A stretch of 64,000 nt of DNA from Candidatus Zhuqueibacterota bacterium (lineage in GTDB: Bacteria > Zhuqueibacterota > Zhuqueibacteria > Thermofontimicrobiales > Thermofontimicrobiaceae), in NCBI GenBank assembly GCA_049322915.1, contig JBMOPW010000007.1, positions 96,001 through 160,000 on the forward strand, written 5' to 3'. The number at the start of each line of letters is the position of its first letter. The stretch's first letter is position 1. Under the pieces are notes generated by a model that was not told where the DNA came from, did no database searches, and saw nothing but the letters and a program-made list of their open reading frames with translations. The translations under genes were made by a program, and so were the position numbers. This document shows positions 39,741 through 49,627 of this stretch, in pieces.

Positions 39741-40700
39741 ATGACCAGTGAAATGAAACGGCGAGATTTTCTAAAAAAAAGTGCGGTGGTCGGGACATCC
39801 GCTTTTTTTGGCGGGCGCGTTATTTCTGAAATCCTGGACAATTCGATGGTACACGCACAGGTTGCCGGAAAATATGATATCGTTGAGGTGAAAGGAACTA
39901 ATTATTTCGAGAGCACGGTTAAAGCTATTGAGCTTCTCGGCGGCATGAAAAAGTTTGTCGGCGCCGGTGACCGGGTCGGATTGTTATTAAATTCGCCGTG
40001 GAGAAATATTGGTTCCTACACAAGCCCTGTCGTTGCGCTGGCTATTTTGAAAATGTGCTGGGACGCCGGGGCCAAAGAAGTTTATAGCCTGGAAAATGTT
40101 ACCCATCGGTACTGGCAGCGGACAGCTCTTGCAGAGCAGTTCAAGGATGAAATAAAAAGTATGAAACGTGCTGGCAGAAATTATGTGAAGGTTGAAATTC
40201 CCCGTGGCAAGAATTTGAAGGTTGCATTTATTGAACGACGGCTGATGGATTGTGATGTTTTCATTAATGTGCCGATTACAAAAGATCACAGCGGCACTCA
40301 TTTCACAGGCAGCATTAAAAACTTGATGGGAGCAACCGCTTATAAGCCCACCAATCGGTTCATGCATTTCGGTGATACAGGTAAAGACTGGGGCGATCCC
40401 GGTGCAGAGGATGAGGTGTTTCTGTCCCAGAGCATCGCCGACCTCGGACTGGTGCGAACACCGCAATTGTGCGTAAATGATGTCACAGAAATTCTTGTCA
40501 CAGGTGGACCGTACGGCCCAGGCAAAATCAGCAAGCCACAGTGCGTGGTTGCCGGCACAGATTCATTGGCTGTGGAATCGTACTGCGCCAGATTTTTAAA
40601 TCTCTCTGTCGAAAATAATCTCGTTTTGAAATATGCTAAGGAACATGGTTTGGGTGAGTTTTTTCATTCCAATATGACGGTTGCAAAAGCCGAACTTTAA
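39741..40700 (+). CDS. Tat-exported DUF362 domain protein
   Basis: KRRDFLK Tat motif; GGMKKFV, INVPITKDH, SIKNLMG. Confidence 0.85.
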   Translation: MTSEMKRRDFLKKSAVVGTSAFFGGRVISEILDNSMVHAQVAGKYDIVEVKGTNYFESTVKAIELLGGMKKFVGAGDRVGLLLNSPWRNIGSYTSPVVALAILKMCWDAGAKEVYSLENVTHRYWQRTALAEQFKDEIKSMKRAGRNYVKVEIPRGKNLKVAFIERRLMDCDVFINVPITKDHSGTHFTGSIKNLMGATAYKPTNRFMHFGDTGKDWGDPGAEDEVFLSQSIADLGLVRTPQLCVNDVTEILVTGGPYGPGKISKPQCVVAGTDSLAVESYCARFLNLSVENNLVLKYAKEHGLGEFFHSNMTVAKAEL

Positions 40701-40792
40701 TTGAAGCTGTGCTGCAAGCAGTGGTATGACTGGAAAATTAGTGATAAGTTCGAAATGAGGTGTCTGGTTTTCGAATCCCGGAGGCTAACGAA

Positions 40793-41707
40793 ATGAAAGC
40801 ATGCGTTTTTTTGTTCATATTACTTTTATACGCGAGCAGTCCTCTTAGCGGAAATTTGGACCCGTCGAAAAAAATTACAGCGTACCTGCCAACAGCGAAA
40901 CAGTTGAAAAACTGGAAACCAGTCGAAACGCCGCAAACTGCCGTCGGTGAAGACCTGTTCCAGCTAATCAACGGTGGCGCTGAAATCTACCAGGAGTATG
41001 GTTTCGAAGAGGCGGTCATTCAGGAATATGCTAACGAAAACAGAAAATCGGTGAATGTGGAAATTTACCGAATGATATCCCCGGCCAGCGCGTACGGTCT
41101 TTATTCGTTCAAAACTGGACAAAGCGGGACCACGCTTTCCATTGGGCAGGATGCAATGCTGGAAGAGTATTATCTGAATTTTTGGAAAGGCGATATTCTG
41201 GTCACACTGACTGGCTTTGATGCCGACAGCGAAACCATCGCCGGTTTGACTCACATTGCTCGCGTTATTGAATCAAAAATTGATACCACAGGTGAACGGC
41301 CCTGGCTCATCGGGTTGCTTCCGTCCGAAAATATGAATCCGCGCTCAGTTAAATATGTGAAAGGCGAACTGGCATTGTCCAACATGTACGATTTCGGCAG
41401 CGGAAATATTTTTGGGGTGACCGAGGGTGCAATTGGGAATTACGGCGATTCACGTATATTTATTTTCAAATATAAAAATGAGAGCGAGTGTCAGAGATGG
41501 TTCAGTCAAGCTGAATTATATTTTTCAAAGAGCAAATCCTTTTTTGATTTTTCTAAAAATGGTACAGAGCTACTGCTGCGCGACCGCCTTGATCAACCTC
41601 TTATTTTAAAGCCGTACAAAAATTGCATTATTCTCCTGATGGGATTCATCGACGTCGATTCGAATAAAATGTTGATTTCTATACAGACTAAAATTGATAT
41701 GAGTTGA
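40793..41707 (+). CDS. Secreted DUF6599-like protein
   Basis: Signal peptide; LFQLINGGAEIYQEYGF, VEIYRM...AYGLYS, FWKG. Confidence 0.7.
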   Translation: MKACVFLFILLLYASSPLSGNLDPSKKITAYLPTAKQLKNWKPVETPQTAVGEDLFQLINGGAEIYQEYGFEEAVIQEYANENRKSVNVEIYRMISPASAYGLYSFKTGQSGTTLSIGQDAMLEEYYLNFWKGDILVTLTGFDADSETIAGLTHIARVIESKIDTTGERPWLIGLLPSENMNPRSVKYVKGELALSNMYDFGSGNIFGVTEGAIGNYGDSRIFIFKYKNESECQRWFSQAELYFSKSKSFFDFSKNGTELLLRDRLDQPLILKPYKNCIILLMGFIDVDSNKMLISIQTKIDMS

Positions 41708-41857
41708 GTAACTCCTAAGTTGAAAATTTAAATTCTTAGATGGTGAGCAATTACATGGTAAGGCGAAAGGGCACGTCATAGCCTTCCCATTCGTTTTTCA
41801 TACTGGTAAATCGAACATAATAATAATGGCATTCATTATTAAAGATGGAGTAAAGGC

Positions 41858-43606
41858 ATGAACAAGTCTGAGCAGCTATTTGCAAAACTGAAAGAGAAAA
41901 AATTAATTGGATTATTGACTCCCAAAAATGTTGAGGAATGTTTGGTCGCTTATGAGACCCTCAATCCGTTGGGGGTGGTGCTGGAAATTGCCTTCCGTTC
42001 GGAAGCCGCTTTCGACGGCGTGGCAGCGGTGTTGAACAAATACCCGGACGCGCTCATTCTGGCCGGGACCGTGATGACGAAAAAACAGGCAAAGAAGGCC
42101 ATCGAAGTCGGGGTGGCCGGCATCGTCTCTGCGGATTATATCCCGGAGGTGGTGGAGCAATGCGCCAAACATGATGTGATGTGCATCCCCGGCGGCACTG
42201 CCGATTGCGGAAAACAACTCGTGCACAAGGCGAAAGAATACGAATGCGATTTGGCAGAGCTGAAAGAGAAATACCCCTACCAGTGGATTTATAAATTATT
42301 TCCGGCGGCGACCGAATCCCAGTCCAATGTCGAACTGGCCAATGCGTGGAAGGGGCCATTCAAAGGATTGATTGTGGTGTACACCGGCGGCATCTCGCTG
42401 AGCAATCTGGCTGCGGTTGTGAAGCAGGATCCGGATGGGATTTTCTGCGGCTCGGCTGTGACCAAGTCCATCGACGATCCGGCCAAAATGAAAAAAGTGG
42501 CGGAAAAATGGCTGGAGATCATTCACCAGACAGGGACGAAAAAAGCGGCGCCAACCCGGGCAGCATCCCATGCGGCGACGCCGGGGCAGAAGGTCGTCAC
42601 CTTCGGCGAGATCATGCTGCGACTCTCGCCGCCCAACATGCTGCGGTTCGTTCAGACCAAAAATTTCGATGCCACGTTCGGCGGGGCTGAAGCCAATACC
42701 TCGGTGGCGTTCGCCAATTACGGACTGGAGTCGGTGTTCGTCACGGCGCTGCCTGATCACGAAATCGGCCAGTCGGCCATCAATTCACTGAGACAATACG
42801 GCGTGGACACGCGCTTCATTCTCCGCCAGGGCGAGCGGGTCGGCGTTTACTATCTGGAATATGGCGCATCGCAGCGGCCGTCCAAAGTGGTGTACGACCG
42901 CGCCGGCGCATCCATCGCCGAAATCAAGCCGGGACAGGTGGACTGGACTGCGATCTTTCAGGGCGCGGCTTGGTTCCACTGGTCCGGCATTACGCCGGCG
43001 TTGAGCGACTCCGCGTCCGCGGTGACGCTGGAAGCGCTGAAAGCGGCCAAAAACGCCGGAGCGATGGTGAGCGTGGATTTGAACTATCGAAAGAAACTCT
43101 GGTCAAAAGAGAAAGCCCAACGCGTCATGGCCGGGTTGATGGAATACGTGGATGTGGCCATCGGCAATGAAGAGGATGCCGAGTGCGTTTTTGGCATCAA
43201 AGCCGGCGCCTCCGACGTGACCGCCGGCAAGCTGGACATTCAGGGCTACAAAGACGTGGCCAGGCAGATGGTCGATCGATTCGGATTCAGCAAAGTGGCC
43301 ATCACCCTGCGGGAATCGATTTCAGCCTCGGACAATATCTGGTCCGCGTGTCTGTACAACGGCGCGGATTTTCTCCTCAGCAAGAAATACGACATTCGCA
43401 TCGTTGACCGGGTCGGCGGCGGGGACTCGTTCTCTTCCGGTTTGATCTACGGACTCATCGTCGGCAAATCGGATGCAGATGCGCTGGAATTTGGCGTGGC
43501 GGCTTCGTGCCTCAAACAGACCATTCACGGCGATTTCAATCTGGTCAGCGTGAAGGAAGTGGAACTGCTCTCCGGCGGGGATGTCTCCGGGCGCGTACAG
43601 CGATAA
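41858..43606 (+). CDS. KDPG/KHG aldolase (Eda-like) fused to 2-keto-3-deoxygluconate kinase (KdgK, PfkB family)
   Basis: N-terminal EIAFRS, AGTV, KLFPA, TGG. C-terminal TFGEIMLRLSP, GGAEAN, DLNYRKKLW, DRVGGGDSF, GRVQR. Confidence 0.9.
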   Translation: MNKSEQLFAKLKEKKLIGLLTPKNVEECLVAYETLNPLGVVLEIAFRSEAAFDGVAAVLNKYPDALILAGTVMTKKQAKKAIEVGVAGIVSADYIPEVVEQCAKHDVMCIPGGTADCGKQLVHKAKEYECDLAELKEKYPYQWIYKLFPAATESQSNVELANAWKGPFKGLIVVYTGGISLSNLAAVVKQDPDGIFCGSAVTKSIDDPAKMKKVAEKWLEIIHQTGTKKAAPTRAASHAATPGQKVVTFGEIMLRLSPPNMLRFVQTKNFDATFGGAEANTSVAFANYGLESVFVTALPDHEIGQSAINSLRQYGVDTRFILRQGERVGVYYLEYGASQRPSKVVYDRAGASIAEIKPGQVDWTAIFQGAAWFHWSGITPALSDSASAVTLEALKAAKNAGAMVSVDLNYRKKLWSKEKAQRVMAGLMEYVDVAIGNEEDAECVFGIKAGASDVTAGKLDIQGYKDVARQMVDRFGFSKVAITLRESISASDNIWSACLYNGADFLLSKKYDIRIVDRVGGGDSFSSGLIYGLIVGKSDADALEFGVAASCLKQTIHGDFNLVSVKEVELLSGGDVSGRVQR

Positions 43607-43634
43607 AGTGAGCCTGGCTCGAATTGTAACTCTG

Positions 43635-43668
43635 AAAGAGTGGCCAATGCGCGGACCACTCTTTTTTT
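43635..43668 (+). terminator. Intrinsic terminator closing the catabolic cluster
   Basis: AAAGAGTGG...CCACTCTTTTTTT. Confidence 0.75.
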
Positions 43669-43777
43669 GTTCCTGCCCGGTGGCCTCATTCAGAGCACTG
43701 AATAAAACCATCCTTCTTCAGCCCGGGTAAGTTTGGCTGAGGCCAGGGAAGCGAGGTCAGGCGAGTATTAGTTCGGG

Positions 43778-44326
43778 CTACATCTCCAGGACGAATTTTC
43801 TATCGACTCCGTCATGAATCGCCTTTTGAAGAATGCGTTCCAGCCGTCCCTTGACTTCTACAATAACGAGTTCCTGCGGCTCCAGCGAAATGATGTAAAC
43901 CGACTCCAGCCGGTCCCTGCGGATTTGGGTGAATACCCATGCGGCGCCGTTTCGTTCGTTCGCTTTCACGACCGACTCATATCCGAGATGAGAGAGTTTT
44001 TCGCTGATCTGCTTCGGAATTTTGAGCGCCCGGGTGGGATCGATATCATGCAGTTTATACACGCCGATCTGGACATTTCGGATGTCCCGCAGATAATCAA
44101 CGACCTCCCGGTCGGCATCCGTCATCGATACCACCATTTTCCCCAACGAAATCAGACCTGAGTTGAACTGCATCTGGAACTCAGTGTCAACATCAACATT
44201 GCCCAAATCGGAGAGTATAGCATTCCTGGTCGTCCGAAAATCACGGCTGACGAATACGCAGCCAGGCAATAGCCCGGCCATTAAGATAAATAGCAGCATT
44301 ACAGACAGGCATCGTTTTTTCATCAC
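43778..44326 (-). CDS. DUF4252-like lipoprotein
   Basis: Lipobox LPGC; similar to the adjacent paralog (VIVEVKGRL). Confidence 0.65.
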   Translation of the reverse strand: MMKKRCLSVMLLFILMAGLLPGCVFVSRDFRTTRNAILSDLGNVDVDTEFQMQFNSGLISLGKMVVSMTDADREVVDYLRDIRNVQIGVYKLHDIDPTRALKIPKQISEKLSHLGYESVVKANERNGAAWVFTQIRRDRLESVYIISLEPQELVIVEVKGRLERILQKAIHDGVDRKFVLEM

Positions 44327-44345
44327 AGTTATCTCCTGCTCGATA

Positions 44346-44909
44346 TCAATAGTCGGCGTTCAAATTTTCAAGATGATCGATATCGAATTTATGACCAATT
44401 TTTTCCACCGATTCCCAGTCGAGTTCGCCGACGATATTGATGAATACGGCTTCATCGTCGTCATCCACAGCCATGATGACCAGACCATCGATGCGGTTTT
44501 CCCTGGTGTTTTTCACAAAGACATTGACGCGCTCATCGCGTTTCGTGACGCGAACGATTTTTTCCCACTTGTCGCCTTCGAGTTTCGATTCCATCTTTTT
44601 GATGCTGTTATGCAAGATGTTCAGGTCAGAATTTTCAACGGAGAACGTGTTGATGCGTATCAGTAAAAGTTTGCCCAGCACGCGCGACAGGCTCCTGTCC
44701 TCTTCATGGGCGACGTTGGCGACGAATTTCAGAATAGGGCCTTTCATGGTTACTTCGACGCTTTCTTCGGCATTCACCGGAAATTTGATCTCACTGAAAT
44801 CCACGTAGCCGGGGTGTTTCCGAATTTCATCATCCTGGCCGACCACGACGCCGGATGTTATCAGACATAGCGCCAGAATACTCAGCCAAATATAAATTGC
44901 TCTTATCAT
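44346..44909 (-). CDS. DUF4252 family secreted protein
   Basis: ATG after GGAGGT; HPGYVDF, WEKIVRV, GLVIM..EAVFINIVG. Confidence 0.75.
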   Translation of the reverse strand: MIRAIYIWLSILALCLITSGVVVGQDDEIRKHPGYVDFSEIKFPVNAEESVEVTMKGPILKFVANVAHEEDRSLSRVLGKLLLIRINTFSVENSDLNILHNSIKKMESKLEGDKWEKIVRVTKRDERVNVFVKNTRENRIDGLVIMAVDDDDEAVFINIVGELDWESVEKIGHKFDIDHLENLNADY

Positions 44910-45068
44910 TGCTACCTCCACGTTATGGATGTACGAATTCATGATTACGGTGGCACTTGAAACTCGAGTTTCTGTCAGGTAAACGTGTGAGTCAAGGAAA
45001 ATGTTACAGCGACAAAATTATAATTGCGCCGTATCTGAAAAAAGTATCCGCTCAATATGAGATGGAAA

Positions 45069-45162
45069 TGTCATTGCGAGGAACGTTTTTTGTGACGAGG
45101 CAATCCCGTGGTTTACCCCAGGAAATTGCTTCGTCCCGATAAATCGGGACTTCGCAATGACA
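45069..45162. repeat. REP-like palindrome TGTCATTGCGAG...CGCAATGACA carrying a 16-bp TCCCGATAAATCGGGA hairpin
   Basis: Terminal IR plus inner GCAATC/AATTGC arms; TCCCGATAAATCGGGA at 45134-45149. Confidence 0.8.
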
Positions 45163-45378
45163 CGTTTTCTTACCATAAATTATTGAGCGGATACTGAAAA
45201 AAGATTCAGGGCGGGGCGAAAAAAAACCAGCGTGGAACGCGAATCGATTCGTCTGATGCATCGCGCGATTCGCAAGAGCAGGGGCCCGGAGAATCCCCGG
45301 TTCCTCCCGATCAAATGGAAGCAATTCCCAGGTCCGAACGCCATGCAGCCAGAGGGTGAACAGGGTCGATGGGTTGAG

Positions 45379-46221
45379 TCAGATCATACCCTTTTCGCGC
45401 AGCATGATGTTCACAATGTCGATCTGGTATTTCACGCGCTTCTCCAACGGCAACTGTTTGCAGGTCTCTACGGTGAACGCGGGAATCTGGAAGAACTTGC
45501 CGGCCGACCACGCCGCGCTCAGTTCGATGGGGCTTTCGATCACAGAAAATTGCTCCATGCCGGCCGGAATATCGGCATTGATCTGGTCAAGCACGACCAT
45601 GGCCAGCCATGTCGCTTCCTCATTGATCGTGTAAATGAGAGTCTGGCCCAGACCGTGATAGGAGCCGTCCTTTTCGCGCGATTGCAGATGGAACACCGGG
45701 CTTTCGTGCAAATCCAGAAACAGCGACACACGGTGTTCCCTGATCAACTCGGTGATTGCATAGGCCATCTGCTCCATGGGCAGTCCATCCTTTATGCCCG
45801 GGTAGCAGCGATTCAGATTGCCGAGTTCGATATCCATGCCGTCCGGCACAGGGATTCGCCTCTCGGACAGAGAATCGGCCACGCGATTCGTTTCCGGAAT
45901 GATGAAAATTTCTCCCGACTTAATCGGTGCCTCAGTGAATTGCCGCAGCAGGCAATGGGCCGCCTCAAATCCAGCCGGCTCATTGCCATGGGTCCCGCCG
46001 AGTATCATCACCACCGGCCCGTCGGTTTCCCCTTTAAAATGGAACAGCGGCGTTTCGTATGGCGTGCCTTTCATCAAGTAATCGATGAGATGCGCATTGG
46101 GACTCCAGAATTGCTGATGGATCTCCCTTGCCTGGTTTGATAAATAATCGCCCGAAGTGGCGGCGCACTGGATGAGGCATCCAAGTAACAGAACAACGAT
46201 AGACCGTGTGAGTTTTCTCAT
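45379..46221 (-). CDS. Succinylglutamate desuccinylase/aspartoacylase (AstE/AspA, M14-like) family protein, exported
   Basis: Signal/lipoprotein peptide; GGTHGNE, NLNRCYPG, DLHES, FTVET. Confidence 0.85.
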   Translation of the reverse strand: MRKLTRSIVVLLLGCLIQCAATSGDYLSNQAREIHQQFWSPNAHLIDYLMKGTPYETPLFHFKGETDGPVVMILGGTHGNEPAGFEAAHCLLRQFTEAPIKSGEIFIIPETNRVADSLSERRIPVPDGMDIELGNLNRCYPGIKDGLPMEQMAYAITELIREHRVSLFLDLHESPVFHLQSREKDGSYHGLGQTLIYTINEEATWLAMVVLDQINADIPAGMEQFSVIESPIELSAAWSAGKFFQIPAFTVETCKQLPLEKRVKYQIDIVNIMLREKGMI

Positions 46222-46305
46222 ATTCCTGCCTGTATTTTGTTGTCCCGCTTCGATGGATCGAACGGGTGACTTTGACATGGGTTGAACCTGATTTCGGGAA
46301 CGATT

Positions 46306-47874
46306 CTATTTGATCACCTGCAACTTCAGAGCCTGGCGAAATTGCCGGGAGCCGTCTGCAGGCGTTGCTTCCAGTTGAAAAATATATATGCCGGAACAAA
46401 GCGTTCCTGCTGACCACGGAAAAATATGCTGGCCGGCGTCTAAATTCCGACCGAGGATGGCCGCGACTTGCTCTCCCAGCGCGTTGTAAATTGTGAACTG
46501 CACCAGGCTGGACTTCGGCAGGACAAATCTGAAATTGGTGCTGGCATTGAACGGATTGGGATAATTCTGCAGCAGCGCAAAGTCGTCCGGGGTGGTGCTA
46601 ATGGCAACCGGTTCGACCGAAGAAATCATGCCCTGGTAAATGTCCATCAGAGCAGTGAGCGCATAGCCGGCCAGATCCGATTCGGTGAGCAGCATGTCGC
46701 TCACATTGAGACCTGCGGATCGCCAGGCGTTGAGCTTCTGCTCGGCCTCATCGAAAATATAATCTTCGGCTACGAAGCTCTTTGTCCACACGCCGCCGCC
46801 GAGGCCGTCCCGCAATTTGTATGAATCCAGATACGAACTGTTTTCGGCGTAGTCGAATAGCAATTCCCTGATGTTCAGCGCGACGTCGCACAGCGGCGCA
46901 TTGCTGGTTCCCCTGGCGGCAGTTGGCACCTGTCCCACCGGCCAGTAGGGCACAACAATGGCGGCAGCAGGCTGCCCCAACATGGTCCACATGGTCGTCA
47001 ATTTTGCGGATTCCTGCGGCTGCACCCCGTGAAAGACAACCGCCGAAGTGGATGTAGTGCGGCAAATGCTGACGTCGCAGTAAATATAGCCGTAAGGTCG
47101 ATCGGGAATCCATGTTCTGGGATAGGGCACCGGGACGGGGTCGCTGTCAAAATCCGAAAAGTCCCGCATCTGATAGCGGAGAATGCTGTGATAGGTCAGA
47201 CTGTCGCCGCTGTGAAAATCGCTCATGAGTTGTTCCTGCCGCCAATAACGTTCGATGCTGTAGATTCCCGAATGAATGCCTTCCGCCGCTGCGCCATTGA
47301 ATGCGAAATTGGTCCGGAGCACATAGCCATTCGGCGCCTGGATGGAATCATTGGCATCAAATTTCCAGTACTCGGACCCGGCTGTTTCGAATATGGCGGC
47401 AGCGCCGGTGCTGTCGATGACGCCAAAATTGGAATGCGTGGTTCGGCCGGTGATATTGGTTTCGTCTAGATAGTTCTGAAATTCATCGACCGTGGCGCAT
47501 GTACCAAGCGCGTTGGTCATGACAGTACCGTTGCCGGGGCCACTGCTGCCTCCCGGCAAATCCGATGAATCGGAATTCAGAATGGCCAGGCCTTTTTCGT
47601 TGACGCCCATCCACGCTGTGGAACCGCCCACAGTGTTGACAGCGATGTATTTATATTTTTTGGATGTTGAATAAATAATCCCGTTGTTTCGCTCCGATGT
47701 ATCCCTCGTTTTCCAGAGCAGGGGACGTCCATCCGGCGTGGCTTTGCCGGAGGCGACGCCAATCGTGCATTCGTCGTTCCCTGTCAGGGAAGTCAGAGAC
47801 GCTGCATTCACATATCCGAATTGAAATACAATAAGCCATGCGAACAGAATACGTGTCAGTTTTTTCAAATTCAT
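46306..47874 (-). CDS. C45/Ntn-hydrolase family peptidase with T9SS C-terminal domain
   Basis: Signal peptide then E-CTIG (Cys nucleophile), DGRPLLWKTRD, GVNEKGL, RTNF. C-terminal QNYPNPFN...SGIY. Confidence 0.8.
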   Translation of the reverse strand: MNLKKLTRILFAWLIVFQFGYVNAASLTSLTGNDECTIGVASGKATPDGRPLLWKTRDTSERNNGIIYSTSKKYKYIAVNTVGGSTAWMGVNEKGLAILNSDSSDLPGGSSGPGNGTVMTNALGTCATVDEFQNYLDETNITGRTTHSNFGVIDSTGAAAIFETAGSEYWKFDANDSIQAPNGYVLRTNFAFNGAAAEGIHSGIYSIERYWRQEQLMSDFHSGDSLTYHSILRYQMRDFSDFDSDPVPVPYPRTWIPDRPYGYIYCDVSICRTTSTSAVVFHGVQPQESAKLTTMWTMLGQPAAAIVVPYWPVGQVPTAARGTSNAPLCDVALNIRELLFDYAENSSYLDSYKLRDGLGGGVWTKSFVAEDYIFDEAEQKLNAWRSAGLNVSDMLLTESDLAGYALTALMDIYQGMISSVEPVAISTTPDDFALLQNYPNPFNASTNFRFVLPKSSLVQFTIYNALGEQVAAILGRNLDAGQHIFPWSAGTLCSGIYIFQLEATPADGSRQFRQALKLQVIK

Positions 47875-47887
47875 TGTTGACCTCAGA

Positions 47888-49573
47888 TTAGTAACCCAGA
47901 GCGACTCCGGGGCGTCTTGGATCGGATGATCCGGTGAATGTTCCAGTGTTTGAATCGATCATAATGAGCTGCACTCCGCCGAAGAACAAATCCATCTCCC
48001 CGTATTGTTCGATGGAATGCCCCATTGCTTTCAGATGTTGCAGCAATGCCTCATCGAAACGGGATTCCACCGCGATGGCAGTGCCCGATTTCTGGCAATA
48101 AAATCGCGGGGCGGCATTAGCGAGGTGCGGATCTTTATCAAAATCGATCAGGTTACAAATGACCTCCACGAGCGTGGATAAAATGCGTCCCGCGCCGGGG
48201 GTACCCAGGACAATGGCCAGTTTGTCATCCCTGAATAAAATGGACGGTGCGATGGTGGTTCTGGGCTGTTTGCCCGGCTGGGCCCGGTTGAGCGAATCGC
48301 CTTCGAAGAAAGTGGTCATCCCGTTGTTCAGCAAAAATCCGCACACGCTGATGCCTGAGCCCCAGAAGTGATTGAGCGTCTGGGTGAGCGACACGGCATT
48401 GCCGCGGGCATCCACGATGGAAATGTGGGTCGTGCTGCCCTCTTTGTCGTACGGCGCCGGCGCTGACGTTTTCAAAAATCTGGAAATGTCGCCGGCCGGC
48501 ATACTTTCGGGATGAACCGGGTGGGCTTTGGCCATGTCGATGGTTTCGAATCGGGCTCGGGCAAAGGATTTGGAAATGAGAATATCGTCGTAAGAAGGGT
48601 CGAATTTCGGATCGCCCAGATAGTGCAAACGGTCGACGGAAGCGAGCTTCATCGCTTCGGCCATCACATGGAATGACGCGGGACTGGTGACGAAATCACC
48701 GGACTGGCGCAGATCGGTGAATTCGAGAATGTTGAGCGTTTCGAGGACAGTGATACCGGAGTGAGGCGGCGGCGAAGAAAAGATATCATAGCCGCGATAC
48801 GTTCCGTGCAGCGGGGGCACCTCGCGCACCTGATAGTTCTCCAAATCCGCAGCGCGCAATCCACCGCCGGTGCGAATCATGACTGCCTCGATGGAGTCGG
48901 CGATTTCACCCCGATAAAATACGTCCGGTCCCTCGCTGGCCAATTTCTGCAATGTGGCTACCAGCGGGGCATTGCGGAGCCGATGGCCAGGTTCCGGCGG
49001 AAAATCATTCACCAGATAAGTCGTTCTGGTACGGGGATCCAGCAGCAGTTTGTCGTACGAATCGAGAATGATCTGGTGAAAGGCGCCATCGACTACAATG
49101 CCGTCCCTGATCTTTTCGATGACCAGTAAAACCAACTCGTTCCACGGGATGGCGCCGTACTTGCTCAGCGCATAATGCAGCCCGGCCACGGTCCCCGGCA
49201 CGAGGACAGATCGGGCGCTGCTGCTTTCATGCCGGGCATCGAATCCATCGGCCACCTTCTCCGGCGCGCAGGCGTAATAGTTGATGTAGGTCAGGGTATC
49301 CTGTTCACTCAGATAAACCAGCATGGCTCCGCCGCCGCCTAATCCCGATGCATGCGGCTCCACCGCGCCGATGACCAGCGCCGACGCGACGGCCGCATCA
49401 ACGGCGTTCCCGCCGGATTTCAGGACTTCCAGCCCCAATTCAGATGCCAGCGGATGAGCGGTCACCACCATGCCGGAAGTTCCGGACGTATCGCTGCAAA
49501 ACAACTCGCCATGAGAGAGCAGCGCGAGGAAAAGGATCGCTATCAAAACAGACAGATTTTTTTTCATCATCAA
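47888..49573 (-). CDS. ggt: Gamma-glutamyltransferase, exported
   Basis: GGNAVDAAVA, EPHASGLGGG, S-TTHISIVD (Thr nucleophile), TQTLN, GTPG, SDPRR. Confidence 0.93.
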   Translation of the reverse strand: MMMKKNLSVLIAILFLALLSHGELFCSDTSGTSGMVVTAHPLASELGLEVLKSGGNAVDAAVASALVIGAVEPHASGLGGGGAMLVYLSEQDTLTYINYYACAPEKVADGFDARHESSSARSVLVPGTVAGLHYALSKYGAIPWNELVLLVIEKIRDGIVVDGAFHQIILDSYDKLLLDPRTRTTYLVNDFPPEPGHRLRNAPLVATLQKLASEGPDVFYRGEIADSIEAVMIRTGGGLRAADLENYQVREVPPLHGTYRGYDIFSSPPPHSGITVLETLNILEFTDLRQSGDFVTSPASFHVMAEAMKLASVDRLHYLGDPKFDPSYDDILISKSFARARFETIDMAKAHPVHPESMPAGDISRFLKTSAPAPYDKEGSTTHISIVDARGNAVSLTQTLNHFWGSGISVCGFLLNNGMTTFFEGDSLNRAQPGKQPRTTIAPSILFRDDKLAIVLGTPGAGRILSTLVEVICNLIDFDKDPHLANAAPRFYCQKSGTAIAVESRFDEALLQHLKAMGHSIEQYGEMDLFFGGVQLIMIDSNTGTFTGSSDPRRPGVALGY

Positions 49574-49627
49574 TGAGCCGTTTCAATGAATTGAACCCGG
49601 AAAACAGCGCGGTCCGCAATCAGTGCA

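Noticed and set aside
41708..41754. Possible tiny GTAAC...TTAC element
   Set aside because: The ends match only weakly and there is no flanking duplication.
45232..46140. 302-aa plus-strand ORF
   Set aside because: Antisense to the AstE/AspA-family gene, which carries the catalytic motifs.
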